A DNA stretch of 33,560 nucleotides from Myxococcota bacterium. GTDB taxonomy: Bacteria; Myxococcota_A; Polyangia; Polyangiales; Sandaracinaceae. Position 1 is the stretch's first letter. Each line of letters opens with the position of its first letter. A program made the translations under genes and the position numbers. The stretch spans positions 1-33,560 of the forward strand of contig JAYZQJ010000277.1 in the NCBI GenBank assembly GCA_036149055.1. The letters run 5' to 3'. The notes beneath the pieces are model-generated. The model had not been told where the DNA came from. It ran no database searches and saw only the letters and a program-made list of their open reading frames with translations. Positions 16,498-28,871 of the stretch are shown here, piece by piece.

Positions 16498-17154
16498 ATG
16501 CGAAGCTTGGCCCTGTCCACCGCGCTCCTGCTGTCCCTCGCCGGATGTGATGACCACACCGAGGGCGTGAGCGCCGCCACCGTCGAAGACGAGGCTCCCG
16601 CCGAGGCGACGAACAACGAGGCGCCCCCGCCGGAGACGGAGGCCGCGCGGCAGACGCTCACCATCGACGCGGAGCGATCGAGCGTCGGCTTCACCGGCTC
16701 GAAGCTCAGCGACAGCCACGACGGCTCGTTCGAGGACTTCTCGGGCACGATCGAATTCGACGCGGAGAACGTCGAGAACAGCGCCGTGAACGTGACCATC
16801 CAGATGGCCTCGGTGCAGACCGAGCCCGAGCGGCTGCTGAACCACCTCAAGTCCGACGACTTCTTCGGCGTCGAGACCCACCCCACCTCGACCTTCCGCA
16901 GCACCCGCATCGCGCCGGCGCCCGAGGGCACCGAGGACGCTACTCACCTGATCACCGGCCAGCTGAGCCTCCACGGCCAGACGCGCACGATCACGTTCCC
17001 GGCGAACGTTACGGTGACCGACGGCGAGGTCGCCGCCCGCGCCGAGTTCAGCATCGACCGGCAGCAGTTCGGCATCACCTACCCGGGCATGCCCGACGAC
17101 CTCATCAGCGACCAGGTCGTGATCCGCTTCGACGTGCACGCTCCGCGAAGCTGA
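16498..17154 (+). CDS. YceI-family lipoprotein
   Basis: Lipobox LAGC; IDAERSSVGF, GSFEDFSGTI, HLKSDDFF..HPTSTFRST, ITGQLSLHGQT, IDRQQFGI; SD GGAGG favours ATG 16498 over 16489. Confidence 0.92.
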   Translation: MRSLALSTALLLSLAGCDDHTEGVSAATVEDEAPAEATNNEAPPPETEAARQTLTIDAERSSVGFTGSKLSDSHDGSFEDFSGTIEFDAENVENSAVNVTIQMASVQTEPERLLNHLKSDDFFGVETHPTSTFRSTRIAPAPEGTEDATHLITGQLSLHGQTRTITFPANVTVTDGEVAARAEFSIDRQQFGITYPGMPDDLISDQVVIRFDVHAPRS

Positions 17155-17169
17155 ACTGCGACCCGACCC

Positions 17170-17212
17170 CGACGGCGCCGCGACCACGGTCACGGCGCCG
17201 TCGACTCGTTTC
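17170..17212 (+). terminator. Hairpin after yceI, probable terminator
   Basis: CGACGGCGCCG-C-GACC/GGTC-A-CGGCGCCGTCG stem 17170-17203; only a weak T tract follows. Confidence 0.45.
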
Positions 17213-17248
17213 TGGCGCTCGCGGCGCGCCGTCTCGATACTGGGCGGG

Positions 17249-18136
17249 ATGGCCGAGCGCGATCTCCTCGTCGACGCGTACCTGCAGCACCTGAAGGTGG
17301 AGCGTGGGCTCGGGAAGAAGACGCTCGAGGCCTACGCCGCCGACCTGAGCGGGCTGCTCGGCTTCCTCGAGGAGGAGTCGCTCGCGCTCGACGAGGTCGA
17401 TCCGCCGGCCCTGAGCGGGTGGCTGCTGACGCTGTCGAAGCGAGGGCTCTCGGCGCGCTCGCAGGCGCGACACCTCTCGGCGGTGCGCGGGCTGTTCAAG
17501 TGGCTGCTGCTCGAGAAGGAGGTGAAGGCGGACCCGACCGAGCTCCTCGACGGGCCGAAGATCCTCCAGAAGCTGCCCAACGTGCTCGACCGGGAGGAGG
17601 TCGGCCGCCTGCTCTCGATGCCCGACCGGGCCGCCCCCCGGGGCCGCCGCGACGCGGCCATGCTGCACACGATGTACGCGGCCGGCCTGCGCGTCAGCGA
17701 GCTGTGCACCCTCCCGATGGGCGACGTGAACCTCGAGAGCGGCTTCGTGCAGGTGCTCGGCAAGGGCGACAAGCGCCGGGTGGTCCCGCTCGGGGCGGTG
17801 GCGCGCAAGCGCATCGAGGCCTGGCTGCCCGACCGCGCCGACATGGCGAAGCCCAACGCGAAGGCGCTCTTCGTCTCGACCCGGGGCAAGGGCATGACGC
17901 GCCAGGCGTTCTGGAAGATCATCAAGAAGTACGCGGCCGCCGCCGGGATCACGAAGAACGTCACGCCCCACGAGCTGCGTCACTCCTTCGCCACCCACCT
18001 CCTGCTCGGGGGCGCCGACCTGCGCGCGGTGCAGACCATGCTGGGCCACGCGGACATCGGCACGACCCAGATCTACACCCACGTCACCGGCGATCACCTC
18101 GGGCAGATGCACTCCAAGTATCACCCGAGAGGGTGA
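17249..18136 (+). CDS. xerD: Site-specific tyrosine recombinase XerD
   Basis: ERGL..KTLEAY..DL, GLRVSEL, GKGDKRRVVP, MTRQAFWKIIKKYA, PHELRHSFATHLL.GGADLRAVQTMLGHADIGTTQIYTHV, C-terminal HPRG. Confidence 0.92.
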   Translation: MAERDLLVDAYLQHLKVERGLGKKTLEAYAADLSGLLGFLEEESLALDEVDPPALSGWLLTLSKRGLSARSQARHLSAVRGLFKWLLLEKEVKADPTELLDGPKILQKLPNVLDREEVGRLLSMPDRAAPRGRRDAAMLHTMYAAGLRVSELCTLPMGDVNLESGFVQVLGKGDKRRVVPLGAVARKRIEAWLPDRADMAKPNAKALFVSTRGKGMTRQAFWKIIKKYAAAAGITKNVTPHELRHSFATHLLLGGADLRAVQTMLGHADIGTTQIYTHVTGDHLGQMHSKYHPRG

Positions 18137-18195
18137 GGTCGTGCCTCGGGGAGGCGGCGTGAAATATCCGCGTCGCCGCCTACGTAGGGAGGGTG

Positions 18196-18555
18196 ATGTC
18201 CATCCTGATCACCTGGGCCGTGCTCGCGTTCTCCATGTTCGTCGCCTCGCAGATGCTGTCGCGCATGAAGATCGAGGGCGGGATCGTGGGTCACTTCGTG
18301 GTGAGCGCGGGCTTCGGCCTGCTCATGCTCCTCACGGGGTGGTTCTTCCACATGGCGCTCGGCTTCCTGAGCGGCGGGCTGCTGTTCGTGTTCGGCTTCC
18401 TGGGCAAGGTGCTGGCCGGCGCGATCGTGCTGAAGCTGACCGATGTCTTCAGCGACCGGCTGAAGGTCGAGGGGCTCGGCACCGCGGTGCTCGCGTCGCT
18501 GATCATCTCGCTGAGCGGGACCGTCGCGGAGTGGGTCCTGAGCGCGACCCTCTGA
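18196..18555 (+). CDS. Four-TM membrane protein, phage-holin-like (YvlD/DUF360) family
   Basis: Four hydrophobic helices; LKVEGLGTAVLASLIIS resembles the family's F.V.GF..A..GALI.S motif; no phage genes nearby. Confidence 0.7.
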   Translation: MSILITWAVLAFSMFVASQMLSRMKIEGGIVGHFVVSAGFGLLMLLTGWFFHMALGFLSGGLLFVFGFLGKVLAGAIVLKLTDVFSDRLKVEGLGTAVLASLIISLSGTVAEWVLSATL

Positions 18556-18571
18556 TCTATGCTCCCCGCCC

Positions 18572-20788
18572 ATGAGCGGGGATCGGGCGCGGGAGATCGA
18601 CCGGGGGTTCCTCCAGAGCCTCGCCCACCTCGACGTCGGCGGGGACGTCGGCCGGGACGTCGGCGGGGACGTCGGCCGGGAGGTGGAGGGCGACGCGGCG
18701 GAGCTCCTCGCGCTCTTCGACGCGCAGGCGCGCAGCCGGCACCTCGACTTCGCGGCGCGGGCGCTGCAGGCCGAGGGCGCCGGGTTCTACACCATCGCCT
18801 CGGCCGGCCACGAAGGGAACGCCGCGGTGGCGATGGCCCTGCGGCCGACCGATCCGGCGCTCCTCCACTACCGCTCCGGCGCGTTCTACGTCGCGCGGGC
18901 GGCTCGGGTGCCGGGGGTCGACGGCGTGATGGACGTGCTGCTCGGGCTGGTCGCCTCGCGGGACGAGCCGATCAGCGGGGGGCGCCACAAGGTCTTCGGG
19001 CGGCGCGAGCTCGCCATCGGGCCGCAGACCTCGACCATCGCCAGCCACCTCCCGCGCGCGGTGGGGCTCGCCTTCGCCATCGGGCACGGCAAGAAGCTCG
19101 GCGTGGCGTCCGAGGCGCCCGAGGACGCGGTGGTGGTCTGCTCGTTCGGCGACGCCTCGCTGAACCACGCCACCGCCCAGGGGGCGCTCAACGCCGCCTC
19201 CCACGCCAGCCATCGCCACGTGCGGCTGCCGCTCCTCTTCGTCTGCGAGGACAACGGCCTCGGCATCAGCGTTCCGTCCCCCGAGGGCTGGGTGAAGGCG
19301 AGCCTCGAGGCGCGGCCCGGGATCCGGTACTTCGCCGCCGACGGCTGCGACGCGGCCGAGGCGCTGGCGGTGGCGAAGGAGGCGGCGGCGTACGTGCGCG
19401 CCCGTCGGCGACCGGCGGTGCTGCACCTGTCGGTGGTGCGCCTGCTCGGGCACGCCGGGTCGGACGTGGAGCTGGCGTATCGCAAGGCGGAGGACATCCG
19501 GGCGGGAGACGCGCGCGACCCGCTGCGCCTGACCGCGCGTCGCCTCGCCGAGCGCGGGGTGAGCGCGAGCGTGATCCTCGACCGCTACGAGTCGGCGCGG
19601 GCCGAGGTGGGCGAGCGGGCGGAGCGCGCGCGACGTGGCCCCCGGCTCGAGAGCGCGGCGGAGATCATGGCGCCGCTCGCGCCGCGGACGCCCGACGCGG
19701 TGGCCACCGAGGCGCGCCGCGGCGTCGACTTCGAGCGACGGCGGCGCTTCTGGGGCGATCGGCTCCCGGAGGGCGAGGGGCCGATGACGCTCGCCGAGTC
19801 CATCCGGCACACGCTCGGGGAGCTGCTCCTGAAGGTGCCGGGCATGCTGATCTTCGGCGAGGACGTCGGGCGCAAGGGCGGCGTGTACGGGGTGACCCGG
19901 GGGCTGCAGGCCAAGGCGAGCCCGGCGCGGGTCTTCGACACCCTGCTCGACGAGACGACCATCCTCGGCCTCGCGCTCGGCTGCGCGCAGCACGGCCTCT
20001 TGCCGTTCCCCGAGATCCAGTACCTCGCCTACCTGCACAACGCCGAGGACCAGCTGCGGGGCGAGGCGGCGACGCTCTCGTTCTTCTCGCGCGGGCAGCT
20101 GCGCAACCCGATGGTCGTCCGGATCGCGAGCTTCGCCTACCAGAAGGGCTTCGGCGGGCACTTCCACAACGACGACGCCGTCGCCGTGCTCCGCGACATC
20201 CCGGGCCTCGTGGTGGCGGCCCCGTCTCGGCCCGACGACGCGGCGGCGATGCTGCACACGCTGGCCGCGGCGGGCGTGGTCGACGGCACGGTGAGCGTCT
20301 TCCTCGAGCCGATCGCGCTCTATCACGCGCGGGACCTCTACGAGCCGGGCGACGGTCGAGGGTGCGCGCCGCACCGCGCCGTGCCGGAGCACGTGCCGAT
20401 CGGCGAGCCGAGGGTCCAGGGCGAGGGCCGGGATCTCTTGCTGGTGAGCTTCGCCAACGGGGCCCGCATGTGCCTCCGGGTGGCGCGCCGCCTCGCCGCG
20501 GAGGGAGTGCACGCGCGGGTCCTCGATCTCCGCTGGCTCGCCCCGCTGCCCGAGGAGGCGCTGCTCGCGCACGCCGAGGCCTGCGGCCGGGTGCTGATCG
20601 CGGACGAGACCCGGCGGAGCGGCGGCGTCTCCGAGGGGGTGATGGCCGCGCTGCTCGACGGAGGCTTCCAGGGCCCGGTGCGGCGGGTCACCAGCCTCGA
20701 CAGCTTCGTCCCGCTCGGCCCGGCCGCCGACCGCGTGCTCCTGTCCGAGGACGCCATCCTGGCGGCGGCTCGCGCCCTGATCTCGTGA
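18572..20788 (+). CDS. Fused alpha/beta E1 of a 2-oxoacid (2-oxoisovalerate-type) dehydrogenase, TPP-dependent
   Basis: AGHEG, HYRS, TPP motif FGDAS..EDN, RLLGHAGSD; beta part FGEDVGRKGGVYGVT, RVFDT.LDE, EIQY, GGHFH, FLEP, DLRWLAP. Confidence 0.9.
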   Translation: MSGDRAREIDRGFLQSLAHLDVGGDVGRDVGGDVGREVEGDAAELLALFDAQARSRHLDFAARALQAEGAGFYTIASAGHEGNAAVAMALRPTDPALLHYRSGAFYVARAARVPGVDGVMDVLLGLVASRDEPISGGRHKVFGRRELAIGPQTSTIASHLPRAVGLAFAIGHGKKLGVASEAPEDAVVVCSFGDASLNHATAQGALNAASHASHRHVRLPLLFVCEDNGLGISVPSPEGWVKASLEARPGIRYFAADGCDAAEALAVAKEAAAYVRARRRPAVLHLSVVRLLGHAGSDVELAYRKAEDIRAGDARDPLRLTARRLAERGVSASVILDRYESARAEVGERAERARRGPRLESAAEIMAPLAPRTPDAVATEARRGVDFERRRRFWGDRLPEGEGPMTLAESIRHTLGELLLKVPGMLIFGEDVGRKGGVYGVTRGLQAKASPARVFDTLLDETTILGLALGCAQHGLLPFPEIQYLAYLHNAEDQLRGEAATLSFFSRGQLRNPMVVRIASFAYQKGFGGHFHNDDAVAVLRDIPGLVVAAPSRPDDAAAMLHTLAAAGVVDGTVSVFLEPIALYHARDLYEPGDGRGCAPHRAVPEHVPIGEPRVQGEGRDLLLVSFANGARMCLRVARRLAAEGVHARVLDLRWLAPLPEEALLAHAEACGRVLIADETRRSGGVSEGVMAALLDGGFQGPVRRVTSLDSFVPLGPAADRVLLSEDAILAAARALIS
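18632..18679 (+). repeat. In-frame 12-bp tandem repeat x4
   Basis: (GACGTCGGCGGG GACGTCGGCCGG)x2, encoding DVGG-DVGR-DVGG-DVGR. Confidence 0.9.
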
Positions 20789-20857
20789 CCGACCTCACGC
20801 CGCCCGGACCCGGGCGGCCGCGTCACGGAGACGGCCCGGATGCGGCCGAGGCAGCTG

Positions 20858-20866
20858 TGATATAAG
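20858..20866 (+). promoter_or_regulatory. Extended -10 promoter of the icd-sucCD-mdh operon
   Basis: TGaTATAAG about 80 nt upstream of icd; SD GGAGG at 20934-20938. Confidence 0.5.
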
Positions 20867-20947
20867 CCCAGCCCCACCGTCGCTCGCAGGCTGCTGTTTG
20901 GCTTGCTCTGAGCTCGGTTTTTCAAGGTTTTTCGGAGGTACATCGAG

Positions 20948-22243
<1,296 letters not shown>

Positions 22244-22247
22244 AGCG

Positions 22248-23426
<1,179 letters not shown>

Positions 23427-23427
23427 G

Positions 23428-24330
23428 ATGTCGATTCTGGTCAACAAGGACACGCGGGTCGTCGTGCAGGGGATCACCGGCAGCGCCGGCTCCTTCCACG
23501 CCGACATGTGCATGGACTACGGCACGCAGATCGTCGCCGGCGCCACGCCGGGCAAGGGCGGTCAGACGTTCAAGGGCGAGACGAGCGGCAAGACCGCGCC
23601 CGTGTTCGACACCGTCGAAGGCGCGGTGAAGGAGACCGGCGCCGACTGCTCGCTGATCTTCGTGCCGCCGCCCTTCGCCGCCGACGCGATCCTCGAGGCG
23701 GTCGCCGCGAAGGTGCCGCTCATCATCGCCATCACCGAGGGCATCCCGGTGGCGGACATGCTCCGCGTCCGGAGCGTGCTCGACAACCCGTCGCTCAACA
23801 CCGCGGGCAGCCGCCTCATCGGCCCGAACTGCCCCGGCGTCATCACCCCCGACGAGTGCAAGCTCGGCATCATGCCCGGCCACATCCACCAGCGGGGCAA
23901 GGTCGGCGTGGTCAGCAAGAGCGGCACGCTGACCTACGAGGCGGTCGGGCAGCTCACCGCGCTCGGCCTCGGCCAGACCACCGCCATCGGCATCGGCGGC
24001 GACCCGGTCAACGGCACCGACTTCATCGACGTCCTCCAGATGTTCAAGGACGACGACGAGACCGAGGGCGTCATCCTCATCGGTGAGATCGGCGGCTCGG
24101 CGGAGGAGAACGCCGCCGCCTGGATCGCCGAGAACTTCAACAAGCCCGTCGCCGGCTTCATCGCCGGTACCACCGCGCCGCCCGGCAAGCGCATGGGCCA
24201 CGCGGGCGCCGTCATCAGCGGCGGCAAGGGCACGGCGGAAGCCAAGATCGAGGCCCTCACGAAGGCCGGCGTGAAGGTCGCGCCGACGCCGTCGGACATG
24301 GGCACCACCATCCAATCCATGCTCAGCTGA
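23428..24330 (+). CDS. sucD: Succinyl-CoA synthetase alpha subunit
   Basis: [52 protein letters not shown] (phospho-His); ATG 1 nt after the sucC stop. Confidence 0.98.
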   Translation: MSILVNKDTRVVVQGITGSAGSFHADMCMDYGTQIVAGATPGKGGQTFKGETSGKTAPVFDTVEGAVKETGADCSLIFVPPPFAADAILEAVAAKVPLIIAITEGIPVADMLRVRSVLDNPSLNTAGSRLIGPNCPGVITPDECKLGIMPGHIHQRGKVGVVSKSGTLTYEAVGQLTALGLGQTTAIGIGGDPVNGTDFIDVLQMFKDDDETEGVILIGEIGGSAEENAAAWIAENFNKPVAGFIAGTTAPPGKRMGHAGAVISGGKGTAEAKIEALTKAGVKVAPTPSDMGTTIQSMLS

Positions 24331-24343
24331 GAGGACCCTGCCA

Positions 24344-25324
24344 ATGAAGGACCCCATCAAGGTCGCGGTGACCGGCGCAGCCGGCGCCATCGGATACAGC
24401 CTCCTCTTCCGCATCGCGGCGGGCGACATGCTCGGGAAGGACCAGCCGGTCCACCTGCAGCTCATCGAGATCCCGCCGGCCATGAAGGCGCTCGAGGGCG
24501 TGATCATGGAGCTGAACGACTGCGCGTTCCCGCTCGTCTCGAAGATCGACGCCTACGACGACCCGGCGAAGGGCTTCGACGGCTCGCAGGTCGCGCTGCT
24601 CGTCGGCGCGCGCCCGCGCAGCAAGGACATGGAGCGCAAGGACCTGCTCGGCGCGAACGGCAAGATCTTCGTCCCGCAGGGCAAGGCGCTCAACGACAAG
24701 GCCGCGCGTGACGTGAAGGTGCTCGTCGTCGGCAACCCGGCGAACACCAACGCTTACATCGCCAACAAGAGCGCCCCCGATCTTTCGGACCAGTGCTTCA
24801 CGGCGATGGTGCGGCTCGACCAGAACCGCGCGATGAGCCAGATCGCCGACAAGCTCGGCGTGCACTCCAGCAAGGTCGAGAAGATGACCATCTGGGGGAA
24901 CCACTCGGCCACGCAGTACCCGGACGTGTTCCACGCCGAGGTGGACGGCAAGACCGTCGCCGAGCGCGTGGGCGATCAGGAGTGGGTCGAGAAGACCTTC
25001 ATCCCGAGCGTGCAGCAGCGCGGCAAGGCGATCATCGAGGCGCGTGGCTCGAGCTCGGCGGCGAGCGCGGCGAGCGCGGCCATCGACCACATCCGCGACT
25101 GGCACCTCGGCACCGACGGCCGCTGGGTCTCGATGGCGGTCCCCTCGGACGGCAGCTACGGCATCCCCGAGGGCCTGGTCTACGGCTTCCCCTGCACCTG
25201 CGAGGGCGGCAAGTGGTCCATCGTGCAGGGCCTCGAGGTCGACGAGTTCAGCCGCGCCCGCATGGACGCCACCGCGAAGGAGCTCCAGGAGGAGGCCGAC
25301 GCGGTCGCCGACCTGCTCCCCTGA
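24344..25324 (+). CDS. mdh: Malate dehydrogenase (dimeric type 2)
   Basis: [65 protein letters not shown]. Confidence 0.97.
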   Translation: MKDPIKVAVTGAAGAIGYSLLFRIAAGDMLGKDQPVHLQLIEIPPAMKALEGVIMELNDCAFPLVSKIDAYDDPAKGFDGSQVALLVGARPRSKDMERKDLLGANGKIFVPQGKALNDKAARDVKVLVVGNPANTNAYIANKSAPDLSDQCFTAMVRLDQNRAMSQIADKLGVHSSKVEKMTIWGNHSATQYPDVFHAEVDGKTVAERVGDQEWVEKTFIPSVQQRGKAIIEARGSSSAASAASAAIDHIRDWHLGTDGRWVSMAVPSDGSYGIPEGLVYGFPCTCEGGKWSIVQGLEVDEFSRARMDATAKELQEEADAVADLLP

Positions 25325-25340
25325 GGCCGGCCCCTCCTCA

Positions 25341-25381
25341 CGCGAACGCCCCGCGGGTCATGGACCCTCGGGGCGTTCGTG
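25341..25381. terminator. Long GC-rich hairpin between mdh and ndk
   Basis: GCGAACGCCCCG-C-GGGTC ATG GACCC-T-CGGGGCGTTCGT; no U tract; abuts a possible TGcTATCAG extended -10 for ndk. Confidence 0.45.
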
Positions 25382-25438
25382 CTATCAGGCGCTCGACTTC
25401 CGGATCCGCCTTGGATCCCAGCACTTCAGGAGATCGAA

Positions 25439-25855
<417 letters not shown>

Positions 25856-25873
25856 CCTCGTCGGGAGCTTCGA

Positions 25874-25918
25874 GCGTGAGCGGCCCGGGTCTTCGGACGC
25901 CGGGCCGTTCCGCGTTTT
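25874..25918 (+). terminator. Rho-independent terminator after ndk
   Basis: GAGCGGCCCGG-GTC-TTCG-GAC-G-CCGGGCCGTTC stem with cUUCGg tetraloop, followed by GCGTTTT. Confidence 0.7.
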
Positions 25919-25963
25919 CGGCGCTACCCTGTGCGCACCGCTCGTGACCGGGCGGGCGAGGGC

Positions 25964-27991
25964 ATGAGCGAGGGCACGGGCAAGGCGCTGTGGACGATGG
26001 TGTTCGTGGCCGCGTGCGCGGGGCCCGCGAGCCCTCGGCCGCTGGCCCCCGCCGCGCCCTCGGACGACGCGGTCGAGCTGGCCGCGATGCTGCCAGAGGA
26101 GATCGACCGCTGCGTGGTGGTGCGGCCCCGGCGGCTCTCGGCCCGCCGCCGCTCCTTCGCCGTCCTCTCGAGCTGGGCCGAGCCGCTCGCCTACGCGGAG
26201 GACGTGGCCCCGAGCGCCTACGCGAGCGCGACCGCCGAGCGCATGGACGGCACGATCGCCCGCCGGACCTACGTGCGCTTCACCGCGAGCGGTGACGACG
26301 CCGAGCGCCGGGCGCGGGGGCTGCCGGTGCGCTGGCTCGACGAGCCGTGCGAGGGGCTCGGCTGCCAGCGGCCGGTGGCGCGGTGGGTCGACGAGCGCAC
26401 GGTGGAGATCGCGCGACACCCCTGGCCGCGGCGCCCGCTCCCGGTGTCGAGCGCGGGATGCGTGCAGCTCGCCCGGAGGGCCCGGGACGCCTACGAGGTG
26501 GCGGTCGATGGCGCGCACGCGCGGCTGGGGCGCCGGGCGGTGCCGCGGCCCCGCACCGTCCTGCGGGTCAGCCGCTCGGACGGGGGCGCGATCCGCACCT
26601 GGCGCGAGCTGACCTTCCGAGACGCGCTCGAGGCCCGGCTCTGGGAGGGCTTCACCCGGCGCCAGGGCGCCTCGCCGGACGTGGCCCTGGTGCCGAGCCC
26701 CCCGCACGAGCTCGACGTGGAGCGCGACGGCGCTCGGGTGGTGGTGACCGAGGCGCGGCTCTGGGAGGAGCTCGAGCTCGCCCTCGAGGACGAGCGGCTC
26801 CGTCGCCGCGGCCTCGCGCTGGCGCGTCAGCGCGCCGAGCCGGTCCCGGTCGAGGAGGTCGACGTGTCGCGCATGGCCGTGGTGCGACACCAGCTCCGGC
26901 TGCGGCGGACCCAGATCGACCACGCGCGCGGCCGCGGCCGCCGGGCCGAGACCGAGGCGCTCGCGCGGCTCCTCGAGCGCGCCTACGACGCCCACCCCAG
27001 CGAGCTCGAGCTCGCCGCGCTCTGGGTGCAGGCGGAGCTGTCGCTGGACCGGCCGGAGCGAGCGAGGGCGGTCGCGGAGCGGGTCATCGCGAGCGGCCTC
27101 GCGCCGCGGGAGGAGCGCTGGCGTCGCCTCCGCCGCGAGGCGCTGGCCCGCATCGACGCGGCCGGTCTCTCGGCCGCGCTGGTGGAGGACGGCGTCACCG
27201 ACCGCGCCGACGCCGCGCGCGCGGCCGAGGACCTGATCGCGCTCGGCCGCGCCGGGGTGCCGTGGGAGTGGGCGGAGGGCGCGTGGCTCGAGAGCCGCCG
27301 CCTGCTCGATGGCCGCCCGGTCCGGGGCTCTTCGGTTCGCAGTCGGGCGGACGCGCGGCTGCCCTGGGCGAGCGCGCTCCCGGTGGTGGCCGCGCTCGCG
27401 AGGCTCGACGGCGCGCCCCGAGGCGCGACCGTGCACGCGGCGGTGCACGCGGAGCGGGGCGCCGAGGTGGGCGCGGCGGGCGCGCTGAGACCCGAGCTCG
27501 TCTCGGTGCGGGCGCCGGGCGGCGGCGTCGCGGTGGTGGGCGCCTGGCCGGGGCTCGATCTGGTCGCGCTCCGCCGGGCCGCCGAGCCGCTCTCGTCGCT
27601 CGCGCCCGACGGGCCGATCACCGTGGTCGTCGAGCTCCGCCTGCCGGAGGGCGACGTGGTGCGCCGGGTCCGCGCGCGTGGGGTCCGGGAGGGAGACGAG
27701 CTCGTGCTCTCGACGCTCGACGGGCTGCGGCGCCCGCCGGCCTGGCCGATGGTGGAGCGCTACCTGGCGCGCCCGCTCGCGGAGCTGTCGACGTCGCTCT
27801 TCCCGCCGCCGACCCTGGTCGTCCGCGCCGAGAGCCCGGAGGTGGCCCAGGCGCTGCGCCGGGCGGCGCTCCCGATGTCGTCCGGGGAGTGCGCCGCCGC
27901 CGGGCCGGTCCTGCGCTGCAGCGCGCCCGGCCAGCCCGAGCAGCTCGGCGAGCTGCTGCTCCGCCTGGCCGCGAGCCGCATGACCCCGTGA
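25964..27991 (+). CDS. Hypothetical lipoprotein with a central helical (TPR-like) region
   Basis: LWTMVFVAAC lipobox; long frame with GC3 bias; start uncertain (25931/25964). Confidence 0.65.
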   Translation: MSEGTGKALWTMVFVAACAGPASPRPLAPAAPSDDAVELAAMLPEEIDRCVVVRPRRLSARRRSFAVLSSWAEPLAYAEDVAPSAYASATAERMDGTIARRTYVRFTASGDDAERRARGLPVRWLDEPCEGLGCQRPVARWVDERTVEIARHPWPRRPLPVSSAGCVQLARRARDAYEVAVDGAHARLGRRAVPRPRTVLRVSRSDGGAIRTWRELTFRDALEARLWEGFTRRQGASPDVALVPSPPHELDVERDGARVVVTEARLWEELELALEDERLRRRGLALARQRAEPVPVEEVDVSRMAVVRHQLRLRRTQIDHARGRGRRAETEALARLLERAYDAHPSELELAALWVQAELSLDRPERARAVAERVIASGLAPREERWRRLRREALARIDAAGLSAALVEDGVTDRADAARAAEDLIALGRAGVPWEWAEGAWLESRRLLDGRPVRGSSVRSRADARLPWASALPVVAALARLDGAPRGATVHAAVHAERGAEVGAAGALRPELVSVRAPGGGVAVVGAWPGLDLVALRRAAEPLSSLAPDGPITVVVELRLPEGDVVRRVRARGVREGDELVLSTLDGLRRPPAWPMVERYLARPLAELSTSLFPPPTLVVRAESPEVAQALRRAALPMSSGECAAAGPVLRCSAPGQPEQLGELLLRLAASRMTP

Positions 27992-28008
27992 TTTGATAAG
28001 CTCGCCTC

Positions 28009-28830
28009 GTGCGCCGAAGCTGGATCCCGCTGTTCGTCCTCGCCTCGCTGATGGGCTGCACGCTCGATCGCGGAGGGCTCGTCGAGCCCGGCGCCGACGC
28101 CGAGGTGCCCTCGCCCACGGACGCCGCCCCGCGCGACGCGCAGCCGCCGCCCGGCGACGCCGAGCCGCCCCCGGACGACGCGCAGCCGCCGCCGATGGAC
28201 ACCGGCCCCGTCTGCGTGCCGAGCGAGGAGGTCTGCGACGCGGAGGGCGTGGACGAGGACTGCGACGGCGTGGCGAACGAGGGCTGCGACTGCACGGTCG
28301 GTCAGACCCGCGCCTGCACGCCGGCGGCGGGGTGCGACGGCGTCCAGACCTGCGTCGACGGCGCCTGGGGCGACTGCGTCGCCGAGACCCCGGTGCAGAC
28401 CTGCAACGGCCTCGACGACGACTGCGACGGCACCGTGGACGAGGGCTCCGCGTGCGCGGTCGCCACCGGCTGCGACACCCACACCTACATGGGCCACGGC
28501 TATCTGTTCTGCGCGGCCGTGCCGCAGACGTTCCGTGAGGCGGAGGCCTACTGCCAGATGTTCGGCTATCACCTCGCGACGGTGAACGACGAGGCGGAGG
28601 ATCGTGAGCTGATCGGCGAGCTCCGTGGCCCCGGCGAGCGCGACCGCTACTGGATCGGCTACGAGGACGAGGACGGCGACGGCAGCTTCGATTGGGTGCA
28701 CGGCGCCTCGACCTACGAGAACGCGAACACCGCCGGCCGCGGCGAGTGCACGCTCCTCGACAGCAGCGCCCGGGACTGGGGCGGCGACCCCTGCGACCGC
28801 GACCGGCGCTTCATCTGCGAATCTCCCTGA
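28009..28830 (+). CDS. Lipoprotein with DxDCDG (MopE-related putative metal-binding) repeats and a C-terminal C-type lectin domain
   Basis: Lipobox LMGC; EVCD..GVDEDCDGVANEG and TCNGLDDDCDGTVDEG; CTLD pattern A..YC....HLATVND..E, YWIG, FDW, EC, W...C...RFICE. Confidence 0.85.
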   Translation: MRRSWIPLFVLASLMGCTLDRGGLVEPGADAEVPSPTDAAPRDAQPPPGDAEPPPDDAQPPPMDTGPVCVPSEEVCDAEGVDEDCDGVANEGCDCTVGQTRACTPAAGCDGVQTCVDGAWGDCVAETPVQTCNGLDDDCDGTVDEGSACAVATGCDTHTYMGHGYLFCAAVPQTFREAEAYCQMFGYHLATVNDEAEDRELIGELRGPGERDRYWIGYEDEDGDGSFDWVHGASTYENANTAGRGECTLLDSSARDWGGDPCDRDRRFICESP

Positions 28831-28871
28831 CGAGCCTCGTCAAGTCCGGTCGCCGTGGTATGGCGCACGGC

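Noticed and set aside
17249..18555. Tyrosine recombinase plus holin-like gene read as a prophage, or as the integrase of the 11-16 kb cassette
   Set aside because: The recombinase has XerD-specific signatures and host codon usage; the holin-like family is common on chromosomes; no phage genes or att-like repeats seen.
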